Source: Octopus sinensis (lineage: Eukaryota). From it: a stretch of 64,000 nt of DNA. A model generated the notes under the pieces. It was not told the origin of the DNA. It saw only the letters and a program-made list of their open reading frames with translations, and did no database searches. The position numbers and the translations under genes were made by a program. The stretch is from positions 161,262,001 to 161,326,000 of the forward strand of contig NC_042998.1 of assembly GCF_006345805.1 (NCBI RefSeq), read 5' to 3'. Shown here in pieces: positions 25,360 through 39,602 of this stretch. How positions within the stretch are numbered: position 1 is the stretch's first letter; each line of letters starts with the position of its first letter.

Positions 25360-26024
25360 TTAAATAATACATCTTTATCAATACAGTCATCTCTTGTACA
25401 CATATTGTGCTCAACTGCTCTCTGTTTCTCTGTATCTGTCTGCTTGCTTGCCTCTGTCTTTCTCTGTCTCTCTGTCTCTTTTCCTCTGTCAGTTAACTTA
25501 TACTTTACCTTTCATGTAAGTCACTATTACACAGCCAATACATCATGCTTGCCTCCAACTTCTGCAGAACTTCCACATTCAATGTCAATATCTTACAGCA
25601 TTGCAAATTTTACATCTGCTTCTTATTATCTAGTCTTTACATAAAAAGAGAAACTTTTTGTTGCCAACAGAAACAACAGCACCTTGAAATTGTTCCACCC
25701 TTCTTTACTCTAGCAACTTTGTTTTAACTACATCCACCTTCAGAAATTAGATTCAATCATATTTGACTTTTTACTTTTTGTACTACTTAGTTTATGCAAT
25801 CGAGGCATATACTTCAAATTTTACACTATATAAACACTCACGCTTCAGGTTTCATTGTGGTTTATCACAAGAATTTTGTTTCATAAACTATTTGGCTCTT
25901 GATTACCAGTTGAAGATATATATAAAAAAAAAAACAAAATCCTAAGTGTATGTAAAAGATAAATAATAATAAAAGTTGTTTAGTTGAGGAACATTATTTT
26001 AAAAACAATGTCACCCAAAATTAG

Positions 26025-26039
26025 ACAGATTAGATAGAC

Positions 26040-26127
<88 letters not shown>

Positions 26128-26164
26128 GGATGGATAGATAAAGAAATAGATATGTGGAAGGATG

Positions 26165-26246
<82 letters not shown>

Positions 26247-26483
26247 GATGGATGGATAGATAAAGAAATAGATATGTGGAAGGATGTAGATAGATAGATA
26301 GATAGATAGATAGATTGTTAGATAGATGGATAGATTGATAGATAAATAGATAGGGAGAGAGGTAGGTAGGTAGGTAGATAAATAGATGGATGGATAGATA
26401 AACAAATAGATAGGTGGATGGATGTAGATAGATAGATAGAAAGATAGATAAATAGATAGACAGATAGATAGAGAGATAGATAA

Positions 26484-26521
<38 letters not shown>

Positions 26522-26535
26522 TGTTAGATAGACTG
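26025..26535. repeat. (GATA)n array with a 122-bp higher-order duplication
   Basis: unique block gatggatggatagataaagaaatagatatgtggaaggatgtag occurs twice, 122 bp apart. Confidence 0.9.
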
Positions 26536-26719
26536 TCAGGCAAAAGTTTCCCGATGAACCAGCATCATATTGTCAGAAAGTCTGGCATAGCCAGCACATA
26601 GGGTAGCATTGGAATGACTGCTGATCTAAAATAACCCTTACACTTTATATGTCAGTGAATTGATGATCCTTCACATAGTTTCATTTGTATGATTTTATAT
26701 AAAAATACACATTAATATA

Positions 26720-26935
26720 CGAAGGGGTGCTGAAAAGTTCTTGGTCTTAAGGGTGTCATGAAAGGTCTGGTTGGAGCCCCAACCTTTTGAGTTTTTTAAA
26801 GGGTTTAGAAAAAATAAAGGATCACTGCAATAAGTGTGTGAATCTGAGAGGGGAATATTTTGAATAAAATCATAATTAACTGATCCTCCTGTATTTTCTT
26901 TTCCCCAAAGCCAGGAACTTTCCAGCACCCCTTCA
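26720..26935. mobile_element. mariner-type MITE
   Basis: TA|cgaaggggtgctgaaaagttcttggtc ... gccaggaactttccagcaccccttca TIRs. Confidence 0.8.
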
Positions 26936-27354
26936 TTTAAGCATGTATGTGTGTGAGTACATGTCCTCATATCAACAACACTTGGACTAATGGTGACAAA
27001 CGGCCCAACATCTCAGCAATTTAACATATAAAGATATGGGAAAAAGTATCTTACTTGAAAACAAGAATGAGTTGGTGTTGGGAAGGTCTCATACAGCTTC
27101 CACCAATCCATACTTTTTGTTGCCAACAGCATGGCTGCAGTCTAATGACTGGAACAAAAAGAAAGACAAAAGATAAGGAAACAATCTTGACTTTGGCTTT
27201 TATCTCTTTGTAGTGGTGATGGTGGTGATGATTGATAAATTGATACCAGAGCAGAATTGTGGATTAACAGAATTGTTGGAGCTTTGAGTAAGGGGTTTGA
27301 GCAGTCTCTGTTCAACTCTTTGCATCAGTTCCAGCCTAGGTTCTGTAACTTAGT

Positions 27355-27600
27355 GGAGGGGCATGGCTTAGTGGTTAGGGTGTTGGAATCATGATCGTAA
27401 GCTTGTGGTTTTGATTCCTGGACTGGGCAACACATTGTGTTCTTGAGCAAGACACTTCATTTCACATTGCTCCAGTTCACTCAGCTGGTGAAAATGAGTA
27501 ACCCTGCGATGGATCAGCATCCTGTCCTGGTGGGGAATTTATATGCCATGAAACAAGGAAATCGGCCCTTATGAGCCAACATGACTTGAGAAGGTACCTT
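27355..27600 (+). mobile_element. SINE family C (tRNA-derived)
   Basis: A-box tggcttagtgg, B-box-like ttgattcc, ttgagcaagacacttcatttcac..gctccagttcactcagctg. Confidence 0.85.
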
Positions 27601-29198
27601 TGTCTTTTTTTTTTTTTCTACTTTAGGTGCTGTAACAAGGGCAAATCAGACAACCAAGTGAGCATCCCATCTGATCTGCAATTGGCTTATAACCAAATGT
27701 AGATAATTTAGCCATGATGTACTGAGGCTTTCATCCAGCAGTAGAATGACAACATCTGAATGAAAAAGAAGAAATGCAATCTTACATTGTGGTTATATTA
27801 AAAGATTCAGGCTGATTTTAAAGAACACACATGTTATAAATAGCACATGTATAAATGCTGTGAAATTCAAAAGGAATTTTATTTATTTTTGTTCTATATA
27901 GTCATCAAATCAATGTAAAACAAGAGTCCATCTTTCGATAAATGAATACTAAAATTTATAATTATTCTTTCGTTATAAGCCATTGGTAATAAAATAAAAA
28001 CATAGCGGAAATTCTATAAGGATTGTGAATTCATAACTTTCTCAGAAAGAAAGCTTTCTTTCTCTTCTTTTTATTTTATCTTATTGAAAATTACTTCTAA
28101 AGCTTTCTTGTATCATTGAGAAGTTTAATGACAGTTCAAAAAAATATGTCTGCATAGGTATTGCCATTTTATTGTTTTAGCTTTTACTTTCATACTCTGG
28201 TAGTTGTCTCTTCTATTATCCTGTCATTTACAGATTTTTTTTTTTCCTCCACCTTATATATTTGTCTAGCTTTTAAAACTTCAGCTATTCACAGCTTGTG
28301 TTCATTTTCATCTATATCTACTTAGCAATTTCATAAGTGATTCTGACATTAAAGACATTGATAAATTTTTTCTTTTTTTCTTTTTTCTTTCTTTCTTTCT
28401 ATGTTTTTTTTTAAATGAAAAACAAAACAAAATAAGACAAGATTTCAGCTTTTGTCCATTGATTTCTACATATTTGTTTGTTTGACTGATTGTTCTTAAT
28501 GTTTATTTCTCTGTTTTACTGAAGTCATTTTCTTAAGAAATATTTTTCACTTTTTATCTTGCCATTATGTTAAAATCTTTCTGGAAACTATGTCTAACAA
28601 TGAGGGTTGATTGTACTTTCAAAGCATATTCATCTGAGCTGTTGCACTTTGATGTCATTGGATGCATTTGCTTCTTTATATCACACAGCTGTTGATTTAT
28701 TCAGTTAGAAAACACTTTGGTTATGAAGAATACTTTGCTTGTGAAATGTTATGCTTGCTTTATGCTGCCTTGAAAGTACCACCTAGTCTTTAATTGATCG
28801 AATTATTCAAAAGTTTACCTTCAGTGAAACTTATACTTTTATTTCAGACTAGTTAAATTGTTTAAATAAATTTTTGTTGTTGTTGTTAAAACATTGAAAG
28901 AGATTTTAGAAAGAGGAATATGATATATCCTTTCCCACCCTTCACAAAAGAAGAAAGAAAAAAAGCAATATAATTTTGAATTAGGAATAGGAACTCTGAA
29001 GAGAAAATAATATACTGCTTTTAATTTTTAGTAGTTGTATTGCTTTCTTTAAACATTACACATTTTTACAGTTATCTTCTTCAAAAGAGAAAGAAATGAC
29101 AATTTTTACATATTTTTTTTGTATTAAAAAATGTATAAAGGATTTTGATATATGTATGCATTTTGTAAAATCAGCCATAATATGTTGGACAAAGAGAA

Positions 29199-29243
<45 letters not shown>

Positions 29244-29419
29244 AGAGAGAATGCAATTTAGCTAGTCTGAAATAAAAGTATAAGGAAGAGATATCAATGA
29301 TTTGTAATGTAACTAATACACACACTGAATTTACTACTGTATCCAGCTTCAATATAGTAACAATCTAAACCAAAAGCTCACCCAAACTTTAACTGTAAAG
29401 AGTAACTTTTTACAATAAT

Positions 29420-29639
29420 ATATTGGATTTAAATTTTGGCCCAAGGCCAGCAATTTTGGGGGAATGAGTAAGGCGATTACATCAACTTTAGAGCTTAACT
29501 GGTACTAATTTTATCGACTCTCAAAGGGTGAAAGGCAAAGTTGACCTTGGCACAATTTGAACACAGAATGTAAAGATGGATGAAATACCACTAAGCATTT
29601 TGCTCAGTGTGCAAAAGTAATGGTTCTGCCAGCTCACTG

Positions 29640-29642
<3 letters not shown>
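29420..29642 (-). mobile_element. SINE family A copy
   Basis: similarity to 2872-3119. Confidence 0.85.
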
Positions 29643-29673
<31 letters not shown>

Positions 29674-29847
29674 GTTTAAATATTTGTTGTGCAAGATTTT
29701 TTATTGGCTAAACTGGCAATATGACCATTCCGAAATATAACAATATATATATTTATGTGTGTGTGTATAGTAAATCCTGCACCCCACCAAAGAAAAAAGA
29801 ACTAATACAAGATAAAACAACTTGAGGTTGTGGTACATATATATATA

Positions 29848-30060
29848 TATTAGATTCAAATTTTGGCACAAGGCCACCAATTCTGAGGAAGTGAGGAAGT
29901 TGATTATATTGTCTCTAGTGCTCAACTGATACTTATTTTATCGACCCTAAAAGTATGTAAGGTAAAGTTGACCTCTGCAGAATTTGAACTCAGAACGTAA
30001 AGATGGACAAAATACCACTACATATTTTGCCTGGTGTGCTAATAGTTCTGCCAGCTTGCA
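29848..30060 (-). mobile_element. SINE family A copy
   Basis: similarity to 2872-3119. Confidence 0.85.
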
Positions 30061-30506
30061 ACTCTAACTTTTGTCATTATGATATTATAAATATAAACAA
30101 AAATAAAAGTAAGGTAATAATTTAATTTGTTTGTTTATTAGTTCTATCTTTGTTTTCCCAATCTGGAATGGATTGGATGAAGACTAATTTGAGACAGAAT
30201 TTTGTGACTTAGTGCCATTTCTACCACCAATTATCACTTGATTTTCTTCAAGTAAGAGATTTATTTTTACGCCACTGATTCTTTGAAGCACAGAACAAGA
30301 TGCTTTATCTTCCTGAAATGTAAACATGGCATCAACATTATTTGCTCAAGTGGTGACATTCAAAGATGTAGAATGACACCACAAACATACTGTATATATG
30401 TGTGGATGTGTGTGTGTCCATGTATATATATATATATTTTTTTCTCTAGTTTCAGCTCAGAGCTGTGGCCATGCTGATGCACCACCGTTGTATATATGTA
30501 TTTATT

Positions 30507-30560
<54 letters not shown>

Positions 30561-30987
30561 TCAAGGGTAATAAGAAATATTAGAAATTTCTACTACCAGT
30601 GGCCTAGCATGTAAAAATTTAGTCAATATATTATTCATATAAATACAGTGTACATTTAAATACATAAGAGGCATTAAATGTTCTTTATTTTCATTCCCTT
30701 TGAAGTTTTATCCCTAATAGTGGTTTGGAATTTAACTGTGCTTTTTAGCATGCAAGGAGTCCTATGATGGATGCCTCTTATGTGTTTAAATGTGTATGTA
30801 TACATATATATATATATGCATACATATATATACACACACATACAGGCACACATACATACACACACATATATATTCAAAAGTACATATATATATATATATA
30901 TATAATTGTATAGAACCAGTGTTTTCCTCGATGTAATCAGCCCTTTAAGAGGTTAATATATCCCCTAATTAAATTATATATATGTAT

Positions 30988-31075
30988 ATATATATATAGT
31001 TGAAATTTACAGAAAAACAAAAGATGAAGACAGGTGTATAAACAACAAGCAGGTGTATTAGTTTATATATATATG
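30988..31075 (-). repeat. 3' fragment of repeat family H2 within (TA)n
   Basis: reverse complement reads aaactaatacacctgcttgttgtttatacacctgtcttcatcttttgtttttctgtaaatttcaactata. Confidence 0.7.
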
Positions 31076-31100
31076 CACACACAAACACACACATATATAT

Positions 31101-31151
<51 letters not shown>

Positions 31152-31164
31152 CATATATATCATC

Positions 31165-31300
31165 ATCATGATCATCATCATCGTCATCATTTAATGACTG
31201 TGTTACATTCTGGCATGGGTTGGATGGACTACCAGGAGTTGGTAAGCCAGAGGACTGTGTCAAGCTTCAATGGTTTCCACATCCCGATGCCATTCCTAAC
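31165..31300 (-). mobile_element. family D (element with a (GAT)n tail; SINE or RTE 3' end)
   Basis: catcatc tail then ctggcatgggttggatgg, shared with 47541, 50341 and 54310. Confidence 0.65.
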
Positions 31301-31716
31301 ATATATAGATTTATATATACACACGTATACACACAATGAGTTTCCATTCACTTTTGTCTGTCAGTTCCACTTACAATACATTTGTTAGCCCCAGCCCAAA
31401 TGTCTTTTACTATTGTAAAAGACACTGGGCCAAAGTGTTATGTAGTGGACAAGAACCTGAAACTGCATGATTATTTAGCAAACCCTGTATTCACACAGCC
31501 ATTCCTGAAGGGTTCCCCCAAAGGCCTTTGTGTGTATGAATTTACTTGTAATCTATAGGCTAGAATCCTCTTTCATAGGCCAGTGTTTCTTTATTATAGG
31601 CTAACATTGACAGTCAGTATTGATAAAGTTCCAGCTCAAATATATAGAGTACTGACTAATTTAACTCTATTCTCTCAGCTAGGGCCTCTCTGGCAGAAAC
31701 ACTTCCCATCTCAGTG

Positions 31717-31940
31717 TAACTCTTTAGCAGTTAAACTGGCTATATCCAGTCCAAATAGTCTTCCTGTTTTAGGTTCAAACAAATCAGATCCAGCGTCTTA
31801 TACTTACCCTACAATGTGATTCTAAAAATAGACCATTGCATCTTTGAAATCTCAAAGCTATGAGGTAATTCCAAATTAATTCAAAACATTGTGAATAAAT
31901 AAGCATCACAACTAACAGAATAATCTGAATGCTAAAGTAT
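31717..31940. mobile_element. piggyBac-type MITE, same family as 25144-25359 in opposite orientation
   Basis: tctttagcagttaaactgg..ccctacaatgtgattc..tgtgaataaata..aataatctgaatgctaaag. Confidence 0.8.
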
Positions 31941-32339
31941 TGAGCCTCAAGACTGAGGATATTTGACTTATTCATTCAAGAAAGAATTAAAAAATTGGGT
32001 GAATTTTACAGGGTTTGAAGCATGGAATCATGAGTACCAAACTGTCTACTGGAATAATCAATTCTCATTCTGTTATTATTATATCAACTGAAACTCTTAG
32101 ACAAATATTAAGTAACCTCAAAGAAGCTAGAAACAAAATCTCCAACATATGTGCACATGATCTAACATAAACATAAACAGAGACATAGACACATTCCAAT
32201 ATGTAATGGTTAGAAACAAATTCTTTTTTGATATGGTGAAGTATCTGGAACAGACGAATACATTACTAAATGCTGACAATCCTATTCTACAGCAATTCTG
32301 AGTGTGTGTGTACGCGTGTGTGCGTGAAAATTATAATTT

Positions 32340-33272
32340 TGTTTTTTTACTTGTTTAAATCATTGGACTGTGGCCATACTGGGGTATCACCTTGAAGGGT
32401 TTAGTTGAACAAATCACCTCTGCTATATATTGTGTCAGTATCTTTTACTTTAAAGCTAAGTAACAGGGATGTAAAAAAGCAACATTAGTTTCATATGGTG
32501 GTGGAAGATAAATACAACACATACAAGCTTATATTGGGTTGTCCGGAAAGTTTGTGCCGATTTATAGTAGCTTACTTTTCGACTTATTTTAGAACATTGT
32601 TGAGTCCATAAATAGGATTTGACTGCACCTCCATTTAGAGCACACTTTAAGCTATCTTTTCATGGAAGAAGATTTATGTTCCTATAACCTGCATTAATTC
32701 TGTAACCCTTTAAAGTGGGAGATAAGAAAGTTCATTTTCTGCACTTGATGCTTTGGGAACCAGACAAAAATTGCAGCAGCTCGGCTGGGATGTGTTACCC
32801 CACCCGCCATATTCACCAGATATTGCTCCTTCAGATTTCCACTTATTCAGGTCTCTGCAGAATAGTCTTAATGGTAAAAATTTCAGTTCCTTGGATGATG
32901 TAAATAGATACCTTGATGAATTCTTTGCCATGAAACCACCTCAATTCTGGGAAGAGGGTATTTTCAAGTTAAAGGAAAGATGAAGACGCATTGTGCAACA
33001 AAATGGTTCATATTTCGTTGATTAAAAATGTAATGGCAAGTATTTATTGACCTTTTTCTTTCCTTTAAAAATCAGCACGAACTTTCCAGATAACCCAATA
33101 CATACTATAAATATGTGTGTGTGTATATGACGGGCTTCCTCACAGTTTCATCTGCCATATTTACTCACATGGCATTGATTGATCTGGGGTTATAGTAGAA
33201 AATGTTGCCCAATATGGGGCTGACCTTGAAACTATGTGGTTGAAAATCAAGCTTCTTAACTGCACGGCCATG
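32340..33272 (-). mobile_element. SINE family B split by the mariner insertion
   Basis: tail half at 32340-32530, head half at 33105-33272. Confidence 0.7.
32534..33098 (+). mobile_element. internally deleted mariner transposon
   Basis: 30-bp TIRs (4 mismatches) with TA duplications at 32532-33 and 33099-100; N-terminal DKKVHFLHLMLW fused to C-terminal LGWDVLPHPPYSPDIAPSDFHLFRSLQN..FWEEGIFKLKER. Confidence 0.95.
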
Positions 33273-33688
33273 TATATATTGTTATTGGCTTCAGTCAATG
33301 GACTATGCCATGCTGGAGCACAGCCTTCAAGAAATTTGTCAATTCCTTTGATGCCAGTCCATATTCCAGTTTGACACCCATTTTATCATTGCATATTTAT
33401 CAAATGCTGGAACAAAGTGTTTGACCCGACACATATTTTACAAGGGTAAATACACACACACACACACACAATGAGCTTCTAAACAATTTTCATACTCAAA
33501 ATTCTGCTAGCAAAGATTTGACCAACCCAAAGATACTGCAGAAGATACAAGGGCTTGAATTTGAAAACTAAATGGTTACAAAGCAACTTTCTCAAACATA
33601 GAAACATAACTGTATATATGAACCTGTATATTTAGCCATTTTCCATTGCTAACATGGGTTGGATAGTTCTGCAAATTTAGAATTTTAG

Positions 33689-33741
33689 AAATTGCTGTGC
33701 CAACTGTTTTGGTGATGAAGAAGAGCATGTTTGCCTGTCAG
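33689..33741 (+). CDS. candidate exon (NCCANCFGDEEEHVCLS), product unknown
   Basis: ttttag acceptor, CAG|gtaaaa donor (alternative AAG|gtaagt 10 nt further on). Confidence 0.15.
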
Positions 33742-33982
33742 GTAAAATAAGGTAAGTGATGTCTTACTTTGTAGTGTATTTTGAATAAATAAACAGTAAA
33801 AGGACTGGTGCCTGAATTTTAAACATATAACAAAACATGTATACATGTATAAACATACAACTTATTCTCAGTATTGAGTCAACCCACTAATAAATGTTAT
33901 TTTAAAACTAACTTCAAAATAATAGCCCCAATTAAAATTCGCACACACACATGCACACACAGACACATGCACACAGACACAT

Positions 33983-34025
<43 letters not shown>

Positions 34026-34029
34026 TAGT

Positions 34030-34345
34030 ACATGGTATGCCTCATACTCATGAGGGAGTGAGTTCGATTCCTGGACCAGGCCGTGTGTTGTGTTCTTGAA
34101 CAAAACACTTTATTTCACATTGATCCAGTTCACTCACCTTTAGAAATAAGTTGCAATGTCACTGGTTCCAAGTTGTATTAGCCTTTGCCTTTCCCTTGGA
34201 TAACATTGTTTGTGTGGAGAGGAGAAGCTGGTATGCATGGACAACTGCTAGTCTTCCATAAACAACCTTGCCCAGACTTGTGTCTCGGAGGGGGAACTTT
34301 CTAGGTGCAATCCCATAGTCATTCATGACTGAAGGGGGTCTTTAT
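34030..34345 (+). mobile_element. SINE family C copy
   Basis: close similarity to the reverse complement of 49698-50026. Confidence 0.85.
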
Positions 34346-34349
34346 CCTT

Positions 34350-34434
34350 TATATATATACATATATACATATGCACATACATATACATGCATATACATAC
34401 ATATACACACATACACATATCTATATATGCATGC

Positions 34435-34469
<35 letters not shown>

Positions 34470-34729
34470 GTGTGTGTGTGTGTGTGAGACAAAAATGCAA
34501 ATAGTGTTATTATGATATAGCATTAACATATGGTCATTGTGGGAAATTGCAACACCACTAACTTGAATAAGCCATGATTTAGTGAAGGTAGGAAACATTT
34601 GTTTCTTGTTAAATTTCTATGGGTGCTGAGCAATTACTGTTGTTGAGATCAATGTGTCATTCTTCACTAACTTCCATCATTCTGTCACTGTAATCCTTTG
34701 TTTATTCACACACACACACACACACGCAC

Positions 34730-34772
<43 letters not shown>

Positions 34773-34895
34773 ACACACACACACACACACACACCACACA
34801 CACACACACATGTACGCACACACTGACACATTTGCATATAGACACACACACCCACATAAAACACACATACATGGATGCTTATATATCTATCTATC

Positions 34896-34946
<51 letters not shown>

Positions 34947-35100
34947 TATTATATATATATATATGTGTGTGTGTGTACATGCATGTATATATATATAGAG
35001 AGAGGCAGATATTTTATATGCATACACAAACATATATATATATACTTATATGTATTTGTAATATAAGTGTGTGTTATGTGCACACACACACACATTCATA
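34350..35100. repeat. compound (TA)n/(CA)n/(TG)n microsatellite region
   Basis: direct reading. Confidence 0.85.
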
Positions 35101-36021
35101 TGGACATATGTATTTGTGGAAGTATTCATATAAATTCTTGAAAATGTCTGCAAATGTAGTGCACATGAACAAAATCATTACTGCCACATTTTATCCAAGA
35201 ATATGTAGTTATGCAGTTAAACTAATAAATTTAAATGAAATTGTTAGCCAAGTTTACATCTTGTCTAATGCACTGATCCCTCCACATATTTGATGTTAAT
35301 AAGAACACACATCTGTGATATTGGTATTTATACTAGTTGTTTTTGACAGCTATTCATCTCATTGATATTTAATGCTAATACCTGTATTTTTCTTTCACAA
35401 GCTCTATCAATTATAAAAAGCAATTCACTGATGCATGAAATAGAAACTGAATGTGAAGAAATCTACAGTTACTTGTTAATGGTTGTTCCTTTTGTATTGT
35501 GTAGTCATTGGTCAGAATTAACCTCAAACTTGAGAATCCAAACCCATTAACATTATGTTAGTTGAACAAAAAGGCCATTTGATGTATCCTTTTCATGTCA
35601 GTTATTCTACAAATTATTCTTCTGATAAAACAATTTTAGATGAATCAAATGCACTATCACGAGAAAGAACTATGAGACTGCCACCTCTTGCTTTCTGTTT
35701 TACAATTGTATAATTCATTTGCTATTCATTCATTAATTTCTTGTGATCCAATTAACAAAACATAGCTAAGATGAGGAATATTTTGATGCAGTATGTTGGG
35801 TTGTACTGTGGAGATGGTTGATTGAACTGAAGTTTAGCAGAATATTTCTCCATGTATACTTGAGCATATTGATGACTTCTAGAAGGCATCCTACATAGTT
35901 AGTGAGGTGTACTAGAGTTTATTCTATTACACAATTAAATGTCTGAGAAATATTTTAATGCTTAAGGGTGCCAGTTTATTTCTGATATTCTGTTAGAAGC
36001 TAATGAAACGTGTATCCTTTA

Positions 36022-36220
36022 TATATTGGCTTCAAATTTTGGCACAAAGCTAGCAAGTTCGGGCAGGGGTAAGCCAATTACATCAAACCCAGTGTTCAAC
36101 TGGTACTTATTTTATTGACCTCAAAAGGACAAAAGGCAAAGATGACTCTTGTGGAATTTGAACTCAGAATGTAAGGATGGATGAAATTTGGTCCTGTGCA
36201 CTAACAATTCTGCCACTCAC
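36022..36220 (-). mobile_element. SINE family A copy
   Basis: similarity to 2872-3119. Confidence 0.85.
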
Positions 36221-36299
36221 AACCTGACATGTCCTTTATATATCAGTTCTGCTGGGGAACTATGCCTCCTCATTACATTTATTTAGTTGAAGCACTTTT

Positions 36300-36500
36300 G
36301 GTCATTGAGAATTAACTTTGCTTCACAACTGGCATTGGTTTGCTCATGTCTCCATAACTTAGTGATTCAGCAACAGAGACCGACAGAGTAAATAGTATAC
36401 TTCAAAAATAAGTACTCAGGTTGATTTGTTTAACTAAATACTTCAGAGTGGTGCCCCAGCATGGCCACAGTCCAATAACTGAAACAAGTAAAAGATAAAA
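36300..36500 (+). mobile_element. SINE family B, 3' half
   Basis: ggtgccccagcatggccacagtccaataactgaaacaagtaaaagataaaa. Confidence 0.75.
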
Positions 36501-36759
36501 CAAGCCATTAACATATGTAGTCTAAGAATATGGAACTACAAGCATCAAAGTAGAAATAAGGCTTTCACTACCAATTTTAAAAGAAAATTATATTAACATT
36601 TATAAAGTATTTACAGAAATCTTGTATGAATACTTTCTGCTATCTTTTAGTGATCTTTTTTAATTATTCATTATATAAAACTTTGTGTTATTGCCATATA
36701 TATCGTGAATTGATTTCAGTTGTTTGTTTAAATACTATTAACCGATACTCCATTGGTTA

Positions 36760-36990
36760 TGGCAACATGAGTTCCAGTTGATCCAATCAACATAACAGCC
36801 TGCTCATGGAATTTCTACACAAGTGGTGGACCTTTGAAATACAGGTACTACTTATTTTTGCCAGCTGAGTAGACTGGAGCAATGTAAAATAAAGTGCTTT
36901 ACTCAAGAACAGAATGTACAGCCAGGAATCAAACTCATAACCTTAAAATCATGAGCTGAATACCCTAACCACTAAGTCACACATCTTCTA
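36760..36990 (-). mobile_element. SINE family C copy
   Basis: ccagctgagtagactggagcaatgtaaaataaagtg..aataccctaaccactaag. Confidence 0.8.
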
Positions 36991-38401
36991 AATGCTATTA
37001 ATTACACGCAAATTGAAGTAAAAATAATCTTGAATGCAATCCCAGTCAAACTAATAACCCATTATTGAGCTTCATTATTTGATACTGTATATTGTACATT
37101 GTCAGAGATAGAATATAAACTATTATCAATTACTTCTGGTCAATAGAGAAATGGCTGGAAGTAATAGATACTGCTATCACACATACTGTTCTGAATCAAC
37201 CATGGAAGGGTTGAAGTAAATATATAATTTTCATTGGTTTAAATTGTAAAATGAAAATGTAGAATGCAGTAAACTGAAGATACTGGAGAAATTCAAATGA
37301 GTTCAGAGTTAAATTTTTTTTTTTTAACACAGCCAGCTAATGTTTAGTCTGTTGTAAGTGTTCAAGTTAGACTCTTAGTTTCATTCTTGCAGACACTTAC
37401 CCACCAGATGTTCAGAGTAGGTTTCAATCTAGTCAGTATAGTAATAGTCATTGATACAGTCCCACCCTAAACACATGGATTTGTCACTGTGAATGGATAT
37501 TGAGAAATCAGAATTATCATCATCAAAACATGTGGATAATGTAGGTGGTAAATGTAACTTTTACTTTCTAAAATTTTGTTTCTTTTAGCAATCTAAAAAA
37601 ATGATAAAAGATTGCTTAACCTGAGAAAGCTTACTTTTGTAATCATTACATTTGTAATAATGTCCAACAGTTTACTTTATCTTTACTGACTTCTCTTACC
37701 TGTCATCAAGATATTTAGATATTTCATTGGTTAGGTATAATATTGCTACATTTATCAGTTTAGTTCAAAGAAATTTATTTTATTATGAAATCTATATGAA
37801 ATCTATCGGCAATAACTTTCTGTCACCATTTCATGCAGAGTTCTTCAGAAGAGAAATATTTTATTGATGTTGTATCAGAAAAGTAGATGCGAAAATGTAT
37901 AATCCCTTTCTGCAATATCTACATGGGGTTTCAAAAATAATAGCGTCTGAATAGAATATATCTTATGAGAAGTGAAAATAAATTATTTTGTATAAGCTTT
38001 AGATTAGTAACAGTCAGATTTGAGCACTAAAGGATGATATATTTGAAATATAACTGCATGTGTCTTGCCTCATGGCTATTTATCACTAACTGCTTTTCTT
38101 CTTCATTTGACACTTCTTACATAAATTTGTAATTTTCTTGTACACATCGTGTCTTCTATTTATTGGTTGTTAAATAAAAATGTGTGTGATTAGAAAGGTT
38201 AAATTGTTCCATTGAACGAACATTTCATTGTTTCTGGTGACAATCCTATACGTCTTTGAAAGCATGTCAAGAAGAAACACAAAGAATTTACTGATAAGAA
38301 CAAATAAAACAACTTCATTCTTGCTGACCATGCAACGAATGGTAACAATTCATGAAGACTTGAGTTGAAGATATGTCCTGCTAGGAAGAAATAAAAACTA
38401 C

Positions 38402-38437
38402 CTTGAGGCCATTTAAGACTAAGAACATTGAACACAT
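38402..38437 (-). CDS. candidate 36-nt exon, product unknown
   Basis: long pyrimidine tract then tgtcag acceptor; CAAG|gtagtt donor; two frames open. Confidence 0.15.
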
Positions 38438-38628
38438 CTGACACATAGAGAAAAGAAAGGAAAGAGAGGATGGACTTGCAGTGCTTTGATTATGAATTTG
38501 CTGTCTGAAAATGACCAATTCTTCTATTTAATGACAGCTGACCACACTCTGATTCTTCTTCGTTTTGCTTAAAATATTGACATGAGTGTTGGAATGTTTA
38601 CTAAGAAATAACCAGAATTATTCTCTAG

Positions 38629-38674
38629 ATTACATACCACCCAAGAAGAACTTGTTGGATTCTACTGTTGATAG
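38629..38674 (+). CDS. candidate exon (YIPPKKNLLDSTVD), product unknown
   Basis: ttctctag acceptor, weak TAG|gtagat donor; phase-compatible with 33689-33741 and 43921-43974. Confidence 0.15.
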
Positions 38675-38776
38675 GTAGATCAATCAATGCATTTCTTTTG
38701 AATCACTTATTCATTTTTATCTTGTATAGATATACATAAACACATAATACATATACATATACACACACACATATAT

Positions 38777-38848
<72 letters not shown>

Positions 38849-39289
38849 TTCATAACTAAGGTGAAATTGCATGGGTAAATTTTAAATTTGTATCTATTCT
38901 AGAAGTTTCTGCCTAGAATTTATTATAATACCCATATCATACATATATTCCTTCTGCATTTGCTGTTCTGATATAGCAAATAATTTCCTTACAGTGATGT
39001 AATAATTTCCTTATATATATATATACCACATTCAACACTGCTATAAATAAAGTATAAAGCCTATATGTAAAATTCAGAAATATTTATCTATGTTTATTAT
39101 TGTTGCTTAGCTTTTACTTAGCTCTGAGTGAGTAGACCTATGATCAATGACATTTTAGTCGTGACCATCAAAACATTTATTTTTTCAGGATTAACACAAT
39201 TTGGATTACATTGTCTATCCTTGAAGTGGGGAATATACATACCACAGAATCTGGATCTCTTACGAGGGACTTCTGATTCATTTAAAGCA

Positions 39290-39320
39290 CACACATACAC
39301 ACACATGCACTCACAGAGAT

Positions 39321-39374
<54 letters not shown>

Positions 39375-39543
39375 GTAAAGAGTAGTAGAAAATATGGATT
39401 TACAGAATTGTACAGGTTAATCATATGAAAGTCATGTAAAATAACTCTCACACCTCCTGACTTTATGCTATGTATGTATATGTGTGTATATATATATATA
39501 CGTACATGTGTGTGTGTGTATGTGTATGTATCTATATATGTGG

Positions 39544-39602
<59 letters not shown>

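Noticed and set aside
25980-26543. Longest ORFs of the track (187 aa here, 195 aa at 58443, 169 aa at 51010, 175 aa at 59481)
   Set aside because: Stop-free only because they are GATA/CA/TA repeats (IYLS, HT, YI periodicity).
31583-31975. ORFs and a gtaagt donor suggesting an exon
   Set aside because: Largely inside a piggyBac-type MITE also present at 25144-25359.
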